The notes under the pieces were generated by a model that ran no database searches, had not been told where the DNA came from, and saw nothing but the letters and a program-made list of their open reading frames with translations. The translations under genes and the position numbers were made by a program. Positions 60,001 to 64,000 of a stretch of DNA of 64,000 bases are shown here, piece by piece (within the stretch, counting starts at the first letter, position 1; each line of letters begins with the position of its first letter). The stretch spans positions 88,477 through 152,476 of the forward strand of contig JAUCBJ010007863.1 in assembly GCA_032718475.1 (NCBI GenBank). Reading direction: 5' to 3'. This DNA is from Nemertoderma westbladi. Lineage: Eukaryota > Animalia > Xenacoelomorpha.

Positions 60001-60926
60001 AGATTTGAGTCCCGCAAAGGGTTGATAAGTTTTGATTTATGATCTTATAAAGGGAGTAGCACTGGGTGCGGTAGGTTCGTAGCAGTGGGTCATATCAACC
60101 ATGCACAATAAATGTTTGATGTGTCTTGTTAGATAATTATATATTCCATTGAATTTGGAACCCACCGCACCCCCCCCCCCCCCCCCCCCCTTCGTGCTGG
60201 CACAAAAACGTTGAAGTTTGATATGCGCGGTGCAAGTAATAAATATTCCATTGAATTTAGAACCCAAAAACCCTATTACGCAAAAAACAGGTTCAAATAA
60301 TCAATTTACAAAATTGTCATGTTTTCAAAATTTGGAGCTAGGATCAAAATTTGTTTCAGATCTGTAACAAACAAATCAATGGGGTTCCTATTGACCCCCC
60401 CCCCCCCCCCCCCCCCCCCCCCTCGGGTTTAATAGGGTTAAATGATAGCTAAATGAGAATAAGTTTCTTCTGGGGAGTATAGTTATGCGGGAACCGCACT
60501 CGAAATATACCCGTAATTCATGGGGAACCGCGAACCACGAAATCCCTGGACTATCTCCGCAAAAAATAACTGTTAATATAAAAAATATATAAAATAATAT
60601 AACATTTAATATTCACATTATTTTGTTTCAAAACGATAAACAATTAAAACATATTGTTATTCACTTATCTACAGTATACGCGCGTTTATTACAGAAGATT
60701 TTATTTATCTAAATGTAATACAGGACTTTATTTACCTGAATGTAATACAGGGCCAGCTGTATATCATCATAAAGACGAACAACAACACAGGGTCCGTGTG
60801 GGGCAGCATAGAGGAAACCTTGAGCATCACGGTGAGTATTAGACTAATTAGTAGCGCCATGACAACACTGATAGAGAACCAGGTGAGCCAAGATGTGTAG
60901 CTGGGTTGTCCCATCATTCTTAGCAG
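3528..60926 (-). CDS. ABCA: ABCA-subfamily (ABCA1-like) ABC transporter gene, internal portion, 9 exons (end of TMD1, NBD1, R1); both gene ends lie outside the window
   Basis: Exons 60736-60926, 57629-57767, 57138-57345, 56755-56916, 55836-56004, 48801-49013, 20504-20699, 5568-5784, 3528-3691. All have GT-AG borders and compatible phases (2,0,1,1,2,2,0,1). Motifs: Walker [11 protein letters not shown]-loop CPQ, signature LSGGM, Walker B IILDEP, H-loop [13 protein letters not shown] motifs PWYFP and TTMDE. Confidence 0.95.
4052..5080 (-). mobile_element. 5'-truncated CR1/L2-group LINE 3' end (interrupted by an RTE fragment)
   Basis: ORF 4851-5080 'HSYSSR...[17 protein letters not shown]...FKSAVK' is typical of CR1/L2 ORF2 C-termini; (TATC)n tail; candidate TSD ACAGGAT at 4045-4051 and 5081-5087. 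Confidence 0.7.
4212..4691 (-). mobile_element. 5'-truncated RTE-like LINE fragment
   Basis: Minus strand encodes '[46 protein letters not shown]'; (TAG)n tail; TSD ACGCTAACCTA at 4201-4211 and 4692-4702. Confidence 0.8.
5568..5784 (-). CDS. ABCA: ABCA exon (NBD1 H-loop: [23 protein letters not shown]...SYIP)
   Basis: tatag|GGT acceptor, CCAG|gtgtgt donor (phase 1 matches the next exon). Confidence 0.93.
7180..7688 (-). repeat. 3' LTR of copy 1 (509 bp; lacks a 47-bp hairpin segment present in the 5' LTR)
   Basis: Direct repeat of 17233-17791, preceded on minus by the [12 protein letters not shown]. Confidence 0.93.
11072..14246 (+). CDS. LINE ORF2 (partial AP endonuclease, reverse transcriptase, C-terminal Cys/His motif), open but N-terminally truncated
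   Basis: [43 protein letters not shown]...[10 protein letters not shown]. Confidence 0.92.
11072..14311 (+). mobile_element. 5'-truncated LINE (CR1/L2-group-like) inserted in the gag of LTR copy 1
   Basis: TSD GGTAAC at 11066-11071 and 14312-14317; (TAA)n tail 14293-14310; gag sequence is continuous across the insertion when compared with copy 2. Confidence 0.92.
17233..17791 (-). repeat. 5' LTR of copy 1 (559 bp)
   Basis: Direct repeat of 7180-7688; followed on minus by GTCTTAAACT (no TGG PBS) and by the ATG at 17174. Confidence 0.93.
20504..20699 (-). CDS. ABCA: ABCA exon (NBD1 signature LSGGM and Walker [13 protein letters not shown])
   Basis: ctttag|T acceptor, CAG|gtgagt donor. Confidence 0.96.
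25096..25632 (+). repeat. 5' LTR of copy 2
   Basis: Direct repeat of 41711-42247; TG...CA ends. Confidence 0.95.
25701..27782 (+). pseudogene. N-terminal part of the copy-2 Gag ORF (R/E-rich coiled coil, poly-Gly, Asn-rich); frameshifted and cut by the Gypsy insertion; continues at 33238
   Basis: ORFs 25701-26210 and 25985-27871 are homologous to copy-1 ORFs ([20 protein letters not shown] vs [20 protein letters not shown]). Confidence 0.8.
27783..33232 (-). mobile_element. Full-length Ty3/Gypsy (Mag-like) LTR retrotransposon nested in copy 2
   Basis: 201-bp LTRs 27783-27983 and 33032-33232 (3 differences seen), TSD CCTGG, PBS TGGCGCAG at 33024-33031, PPT GGGGGAAAGGGGGA at 27984-27997. Confidence 0.95.
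28028..32737 (-). CDS. Gypsy Gag-Pol polyprotein (Gag with two CCHC knuckles, PR, RT, RNase H, integrase), single intact ORF
   Basis: CINC...[46 protein letters not shown]...CHSC, SDLF/SDGGPQF/NGHAE; order PR-RT-RH-IN; first ATG (MSISPED) taken as start. Confidence 0.95.
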   Translation of the reverse strand: MSISPEDTYNLSEEVINSLARATLIEHCNNADVEYDSKTATVVLRKRLIKSLSLSGDTDTDDATTSGSTQGSTYDLGRLLAQLDAQRREDEERREERFMRFMEQQSATRDQQTISTPPRLHDRDTGTGTADSGNTARLTVRPPQILDVGIRFKSFKRWESAWLNYSRVTKLDEKPRVDKIATLFSYCSPDFLNRIQYTLEIDQDTSLEMHEVLGEIRTYLRADQNIAVDRYELVRQKQVDGQEFDDFYIKLCEMADDAQIESMSKDDWLTTLIVCGIRDDETREELFGKRPLFSRAATVDFCRNREMAAREGQRLKHRVNAVQHSTTSQPTQQRGRYPQKSKTRYKRDKDSKSQQRSQTPSSSARDAVKRCKSQGKCINCGGNWPHTTDQPCKAADKKCNHCGKQGHFASKCLGKTYSKPPQSTGAILIADIHGYTAAHYRPLVPIDLFYKGDYIGNKSCIADTGAQVIAAGSDILEEWDITDLTDPDYPLEGANGTPIECEGRIELSLTISGRTHRDWVYICPDISKGAVYLSLSACKGLGIVHPEFPKPLHLITKFIDGIQHTPIDTQCTPVNTQRAPVDTQCTPVDTEHAPVGTQHEPVNTQHEPVDTQHEPVDTQHATSAINTISNDNQSIEIEKQKLLDEYSDVFGTRGQLRTMVGPPMTIELVDDAKPFCLYAHRPIPHPFREKTKKEIEDMLQKGIIERTGDRAVEWCHPIVVCQKPNQPGEIRITVDLTKLNSQVKRTIHNARSPGDVVSGRTPGTCLFSTLDAKSGYWQVELDEQSRDYTTFITPWGRYRFCRAPMGFISAGDSYNYRGDLALDGIPQIHKIVDDILVEDTNIDEHIDRVRTILDRCRQAGITLNPAKFNFAQTRVKFAGYIISKDGTEADPNKVKAITNFHNPQNITDLRSFMGLVNQLGCFSSEISTFATPLRDLLRTRNVFMWTANHEEAFNKVKQALVQPPVLATFDINAETRLETDASRLNGFGYDLLQRQDNQWKLIACGSRFITDTESRYATIELECIAIYYGIKRCRLYLAGLPTFTVVTDHRPLLTMFNNYTINQIENAKIQRMKAELQSQYQFRVEWQKGKQHRIADCLSRSPVDDPDEPDDITFTINALTISGNTENVMESDPIIQDLRDAALDDTEYQELIQEIKTDFSGLHNASPYIKLFKSIRNNLSIYNDIVLYGDRIVIPKIYQQDTLDRLHASHQGMTRTKQRARQTVYWPGITRDIERTVSQCHSCQELLPSLPKETLMADKMPTRPFQFVSSDLFQIGGKHFLVYSDRLSGYPVVHEFRHDPSSQQVAFVTRKWFVDLGVPTKFKSDGGPQFSAASFKQFLKRWGVEWCPSTPHFPSSNGHAEITVKIIKRLLQKVPHCDTGSTEFQEGLLELRNTPRADGRSPNEIVFGRLLRSRVPAHHTHYAQQWRDESDAADHRAGELRHKTEELYNHDAHDHPKIRIGSTVRIQDPKTKRWNHVGTVVAVGERRDYRVKLPSGRTWWRNRRFLRLYHDPDRNPNITNPPTANPSNPIAKTPTLKMTIADTLPEPRRSTRRHQPIVRFGSTTTYPVP
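34103..37123 (+). CDS. BEL/Pao-type Gag core + Zn knuckles + aspartic protease + integrase remnants (C-terminal part of the copy-2 ORF; no RT or RNase H)
   Basis: [12 protein letters not shown]...[12 protein letters not shown] (DUF1759-like), [46 protein letters not shown], '[13 protein letters not shown]...IIPPG'. Confidence 0.88.
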   Translation: MQTVGHTVGLTAHTIGHTERGNVGDRMAWTTGLNPEVAEYIPASRPEADRPIPVPAQQYDYSMQGHNIYPGEGGIIADRCMGPNILTSTPVPNIPVGGGQGDIPPSQYQQYTPIGARTTRPLDENRSCDTDIWRGPLPPMTYPSQRKSRNRTDGTHQTGETMQHPSNPLEAQAMGMATLIDALKTRIELPPVEPFKFDGSRPEEYLQFRRMYSNEILTKNLTQAECLKYLQVYTGGPAYDIVRQYQGIEGGFTTAWRALDREYGHPAKIIRQTLRGITSGGLQDNPVSIKTFANKVEKALIVLKTLDAPYELNASNNITTIAQALPNWLRNKWRKIAFSTRDKKGAEPGLEEMSNFLNYEAELITDPVYSEDSLGKGLKTDYHRPKPEHNTSNALPRLRQSLPYAATQGTASPQLAEDKTTSWNGQGNNNNTNKHNPSTSNRQNPNNKNSRDFGTNATAIRNALYKEGYDPKSKCQLHANALHQTMNCRYWQALPRQDQIDYAFSNKICSRCVMSGHRARECKEKPMKFGQRRGQTMATSTVGAKKRGTVLLGVVPVRVIGEGNRSVTTLMLVDSGAAFTLVEEWVAEEIGLRTRPSRMAVTTISSKDEILEMRTGRCAIAAVAPGCDYGATIDPIQVIESININARRPTNIEVEQYKFLDDIDFSIPDVDVRKVSIIVGMDCPTAHERMQTVFGEDKQSDPVAILTPFGWTLTGPIKSNIPFHVSESSGCMVPGTDEIEERPEMGNSGRQLEVEATPREWAEENGMDAEDLETMGWNKGPSKYRYGDGEERTVECREDKPGKCPVECPEERPEETPVRLRGIPTRGKPSKNTRWKGRRCEMIRPGAEKPMNKHMVDKGAGRVGGVLRTHAELTECEGALHGQTSCIPKDERGSLKPLMPAHILRGRPAEVASKIEEKNRGGIIPPGDTLKGGTLPPRDDHEIRNINNRQHLQKQEKRPPIELTRRAERRIREPIGGQWESCLEEESPLGSLSCPTGWTGMEELDP
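37320..37965 (+). repeat. Internal ~33-37-bp minisatellite between the gag-PR ORF and the extra ORF
   Basis: Repeated agttagttagagagttagagggtacgtagtaccg. Confidence 0.9.
38453..41002 (+). CDS. Extra 849-aa ORF inside LTR copy 2: putative DEDDy (RNase D/WRN/EXD-like) 3'-5' exonuclease domain + three CCHC zinc knuckles
   Basis: ExoI-like MILDDEG (aa ~117), ILLHLA...[21 protein letters not shown], ExoIII-like QKRYILQED (aa ~289); [42 protein letters not shown] (aa ~617-673). ORF is certain; the domain call rests on visual motif matching. Confidence 0.7.
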   Translation: MASKLIRKRKAESGGKEILVDFTERHPEEKTRGYYERLERGHAARALQDHFREAHEQRLVGTYGTPSLDNAIFQHFHYVVKGDEAKFGIPKYPRESPRKDWKRFIESVNRGGFMILDDEGTVEDEAGSRRGTAGSARTILLHLAAPNGDIFLFDLGTYGKKDGPKLDRLPKAVQVLVREKSTTKVGSAIREDAERIIGPDATNLLDMQKVFMAMTAPDGLGVVENTGQCGAVAMGQLLGLVCHKPMDWGKFREEYGAELANSLKWGARPGKQEVYQFRRGAIKVYQKRYILQEDWMMISLLNLFMTVIIEREPGAFLLSGSPLSYRRAFKVAFDGLVDHPGLKGESVYYNSRHLVDGETDTPYQRWEQLETDRREAKRLEEVARRERIEAEEREEEARTQSYGFEEQAGLDELHWTSSGSSGESLGRELGWTVGSPKQSTSGLQTMPIPAGAEGDQPPRKLRELEGWRATGESQGGKGHSGSIGIPGLETLPKEEDDDDEFGEMPPIERIGHSDTDWVGGRVVTASGARAFWNRSGKRTWVHEEPAMDFAGSTIRLGEQPGTAPRIVFGETMPERGGEIDVDRETNVEKFAYQRLHRPRRSLGTKDEVGRETLVLGCDYCGRQTHRESSCLYRFQKGTFCLYCREPSHRMGACPRLHNRCPKCHFRGHYGRECDWMNDEEKFTRFEEWADVGAMTRQRMKAQEFKWGFFLINQETHMEIIKRRLPFTYQEVATAASYAGVMNTQRYLDRWTPENRREFRDFLAEHVPKAMKMILWDATRGRQPGHSEGPPAKRYRALITPAPKEPTTGISKEVAAKVRKQKADDARGTVITKKRPREEDARGNYPRRNR
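41711..42247 (+). repeat. 3' LTR of copy 2
   Basis: Direct repeat of 25096-25632, preceded by the PPT. Confidence 0.95.
42394..43393 (+). mobile_element. 5'-truncated RTE-like LINE (1.0 kb), same family as 49911-51935
   Basis: Near-identical to 50931-51930; [15 protein letters not shown]; (TAG)n tail; TSD TACATGCCTA; +1 frameshift near 43151. Confidence 0.93.
45945..48156 (-). mobile_element. 5'-truncated CR1/L2-group LINE with RT-coding region (stop at 46383)
   Basis: [33 protein letters not shown]; (TTTGAA)n tail 45945-45983; candidate TSD CTAAC. Confidence 0.92.
48801..49013 (-). CDS. ABCA: ABCA exon (NBD1 Q-loop: [12 protein letters not shown]...LGVCPQ...DIF)
   Basis: ttacag|G acceptor, AA|gtaagt donor. 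Confidence 0.95.
49257..55645. repeat. 21-bp satellite (~200 copies) split by an RTE LINE
   Basis: Unit gattaggatgtggtgtga(acc/cac/act). Confidence 0.96.
49911..51935 (+). mobile_element. 5'-truncated RTE-like LINE with open RT ORF (stop at 51893)
   Basis: [39 protein letters not shown]; (TAG)n tail merges into the satellite; exact 5' boundary and TSD ambiguous. Confidence 0.92.
55836..56004 (-). CDS. ABCA: ABCA exon (NBD1 Walker A: ...[30 protein letters not shown]); not in the supplied ORF track
   Basis: gttcag|AT acceptor, AT|gtaagt donor; translated by hand. Confidence 0.96.
56070..56761. repeat. Degenerate ~21-bp (5-bp subunit) array starting at and spanning a 5' splice site
   Basis: Unit caactccaactcaaaccgact; on minus AATCCGG|GTGAGTCGGAGTTG is followed by AATCGGTTTGAGTTCGAGTTG. 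Confidence 0.88.
56755..56916 (-). CDS. ABCA: ABCA exon ([19 protein letters not shown]...)
   Basis: atgcag|GA acceptor, G|gtgagt donor; PWYFP motif. Confidence 0.93.
57034..57137. repeat. (TACA)n microsatellite with an internal block duplication, beginning at a donor GTATGT
   Basis: catacatacata... up to 57137. Confidence 0.85.
57138..57345 (-). CDS. ABCA: ABCA exon ([15 protein letters not shown]...WYISNIFP)
   Basis: tttcag|TGT acceptor, CCAG|gtatgt donor; resembles ABCA1 'SLLSPVAFGFGCEYF...WYIEAVFPG'. Confidence 0.93.
57465..57554 (+). mobile_element. ~90-bp 3' tip of an RTE-like LINE (same family as 4212-4691)
   Basis: Near reverse complement of 4210-4283, ending ...gctcgacc(tag)n. Confidence 0.8.
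57629..57767 (-). CDS. ABCA: ABCA exon ([17 protein letters not shown]...YMKLIA)
   Basis: gtttag|T acceptor, GCT|gtaagt donor. Confidence 0.93.
57923..59484. repeat. 39-bp minisatellite (~40 copies)
   Basis: Unit taactttatattactcatgagaatggtatagaaacgatg. Confidence 0.96.
59637..59937. repeat. 13-bp minisatellite (~23 copies)
   Basis: Unit ggagttagcttta. Confidence 0.95.
60736..60926 (-). CDS. ABCA: ABCA exon ([17 protein letters not shown]...WPCITF)
   Basis: ttgcag|CTG acceptor, AG|gtaaat donor; hydrophobic TM segments. Confidence 0.92.
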
Positions 60927-60929
60927 CTG

Positions 60930-63900
60930 CAATAATGTGTTAGAATAGATAAATATTTAGTTGGGAGTATCATTGATCCAACATTGGGTAGGTAGATACA
61001 ATAATGTGTTAGAATAGATAAATATTTAGTTGGGAGTATCATTGATCCAACATTGGGTAGGTAGATACAATAATGTGTTAGAATAGATAAATATTTAGTT
61101 GGGAGTATCATTGATCCAACATTGGGTAGGTAGATACAATAATGTGTTAGAATAGATAAATATTTAGTTGGGAGTATCATTGATCCAACATTGGGTAGGT
61201 AGATACAATAATGTGTTAGAATAGATAAATATTTAGTTGGGAGTATCATTGATCCAACATTGGGTAGGTAGATACAATAATGTGTTAGAATAGAAAGATA
61301 TTTAGTTGGGAGTATCATTGATCCAACATTGGGTAGGTAGATACAATAATGTGTTAGAATAGATAGATATTTAGTTGGGAGTATCATTGATCCAACATTG
61401 GGTAGGTAGATACAATAATGTGTTAGAATAGATAAATATTTAGTTGGGAGTATCATTGATCCAACATTGGGTAGGTAGATACAATAATGTGTTAGAATAG
61501 ATAAATATTTAGTTGGGAGTATCATTGATCCAACATTGGGTAGGTAGATACAATAATGTGTTAGAATAGATAAATATTTAGTTGGGAGTATCATTGATCC
61601 AACATTGGGTAGGTAGATACAATAATGTGTTAGAATAGATAAATATTTAGTTGGGAGTATCATTGATCCAACATTGGGTAGGTAGATACAATAATGTGTT
61701 AGAATAGAAAGATATTTAGTTGGGAGTATCATTGATCCAACATTGGGTAGGTAGATACAATAATGTGTTAGAATAGATAAATATTTAGTTGGGAGTATCA
61801 TTGATCCAACATTGGGTAGGTAGATACAATAATGTGTTAGAATAGATAAATATTTAGTTGGGAGTATCATTGATCCAACATTGGGTAGGTAGATACAATA
61901 ATGTGTTAGAATAGATAAATATTTAGTTGGGAGTATCATTGATCCAACATTGGGTAGGTAGATACAATAATGTGTTAGAATAGATAAGATATTTAGTTGG
62001 GAGTATCATTGATCCAACATTGGGTAGGTAGATACAATAATGTGTTAGAATAGATAGATATTTAGTTGGGAGTATCATTGATCCAACATTGGGTAGGTAG
62101 ATACAATAATGTGTTAGAATAGATAAATATTTAGTTGGGAGTATCATTGATCCAACATTGGGTGGGTAGATACAATAATGTGTTAGAATAGATAAGATAT
62201 TTAGTTGGGAGTATCATTGATCCAACATTGGGTAGGTAGATACAATAATGTGTTAGAATAGATAAATATTTAGTTGGGAGTATCATTGATCCAACATTGG
62301 GTAGGTAGATACAATAATGTGTTAGAATAGATAAATATTTAGTTGGGAGTATCATTGATCCAACATTGGGTAGGTAGATACAATAATGTGTTAGAATAGA
62401 TAAGATATTTAGTTGGGAGTATCATTGATCCAACATTGGGTAGGTAGATACAATAATGTGTTAGAATAGATAAGATATTTAGTTGGGAGTATCATTGATC
62501 CAACATTGGGTAGGTAGATACAATAATGTGTTAGAATAGATAAGATATTTAGTTGGGAGTATCATTGATCCAACATTGGGTAGGTAGATACAATAATGTG
62601 TTAGAATAGATAAATATTTAGTTGGGAGTATCATTGGTCCAACATTGGGTAGGTAGATACAATAATGTGTTAGAATAGATAAGATATTTAGTTGGGAGTA
62701 TCATTGATCCAACATTGGGTAGGTAGATACAATAATGTGTTAGAATAGAATGATTTTAGTTGGGAGTATCATTGATCCAACATTGGGTAGGTAGATACAA
62801 TAATGTGTTAGAATAGATAAGATATTTAGTTGGGAGTATCATTGATCCAACATTGGGTAGGTAGATACAATAATGTGTTAGAATAGATAAATATTTAGTT
62901 GGGAGTATCATTGATCCAACATTGGGTAGGTAGATACAATAATGTGTTAGAATAGATAAATATTTAGTTGGGAGTATCATTGATCCAACATTGGGTAGGT
63001 AGATACAATAATGTGTTAGAATAGATAAGATATTTAGTTGGGAGTATCATTGATCCAACATTGGGTAGGTAGATACAATAATGTGTTAGAATAGATAAGA
63101 TATTTAGTTGGGAGTATCATTGATCCAACATTGGGTAGGTAGATACAATAATGTGTTAGAATAGATAAATATTTAGTTGGGAGTATCATTGATCCAACAT
63201 TGGGTAGGTAGATACAATAATGTGTTAGAATAGATAAGATATTTAGTTGGGAGTATCATTGATCCAACATTGGGTAGGTAGATACAATAATGTGTTAGAA
63301 TAGATAAGATATTTAGTTGGGAGTATCATTGATCCAACATTGGGTAGGTAGATACAATAATGTGTTAGAATAGATAAATATTTAGTTGGGAGTATCATTG
63401 ATCCAACATTGGGTAGGTAGATACAATAATGTGTTAGAATAGAAAGATATTTAGTTGGGAGTATCATTGATCCAACATTGGGTAGGTAGATACAATAATG
63501 TGTTAGAATAGATAAGATTTTAGTTGGGAGTATCATTGATCCAACATTGGGTAGGTAGATACAATAATGTGTTAGAATAGATAAGATATTTAGTTGGGAG
63601 TATCATTGATCCAACATTGGGTAGGTAGATACAATAATGTGTTAGAATAGAAAGATTTTAGTTGGGAGTATCATTGATCCAACATTGGGTAGGTAGATAC
63701 AATAATGTGTTAGAATAGATAAGATATTTAGTTGGGAGTATCATTGATCCAACATTGGGTAGGTAGATACAATAATGTGTTAGAATAGATAAGATATTTA
63801 GTTGGGAGTATCATTGATCCAACATTGGGTAGGTAGATACAATAATGTGTTAGAATAGATAAGATATTTAGTTGGGAGTATCATTGATCCAACATTGGGT

Positions 63901-64000
63901 AGGTAGATACAATAATGTGTTAGAATAGATAAGATTTTAGTTGGGAGTATCATTGATCCAACATTGGGTAGGTAGATACAATAATGTGTTAGAATAGAAA
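60930..64000. repeat. 69/70-bp tandem array abutting a 3' splice site (~44 copies in window, continues past the right edge)
   Basis: Unit aataatgtgttagaatagataa(g)atatttagttgggagtatcattgatccaacattgggtaggtagatac; last unit on minus ends ...ctaacacattattg-cag. Confidence 0.96.

Noticed and set aside
57851-63536. ORFs ([13 protein letters not shown])n and (MILPTKYLSILTHYCIYLPNVGS)n
   Set aside because: Artefacts of the 39- and 69-bp repeats; the 69-mer frame breaks wherever 70-bp variants occur.
1-64000. CRISPR-like appearance of the regular repeats
   Set aside because: No unique spacers, no cas genes, and the context is a spliceosomal eukaryotic gene.

Overview
Eukaryotic (animal-like) genomic DNA. 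The backbone is the internal part of one ABCA-subfamily (ABCA1-like) transporter gene on the minus strand. Nine GT-AG exons (60926 down to 3528; 1659 nt, 553 codons) join in frame and encode the end of TMD1, NBD1 and the R1 region. The introns are filled with intron-specific tandem arrays, and most arrays begin at or span a splice junction (67-, 23-, 21-, 21-, 27- and 69-bp units plus a GTAT microsatellite). Retroelements are nested in the arrays. Two related BEL/Pao-like LTR elements (7180-17791 minus, 25096-42247 plus) keep Gag and protease but lack RT, RNase H and the integrase core. They have no tRNA-type PBS; the PBS position is instead complementary to a co-varying motif inside their own LTR. 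One of them carries an extra intact 849-aa ORF resembling a DEDDy 3'-5' exonuclease with three CCHC knuckles. There is also an intact Ty3/Gypsy element and several LINE copies (RTE-like and CR1/L2-group). All coordinates and alignments were read by eye; no database searches were run.
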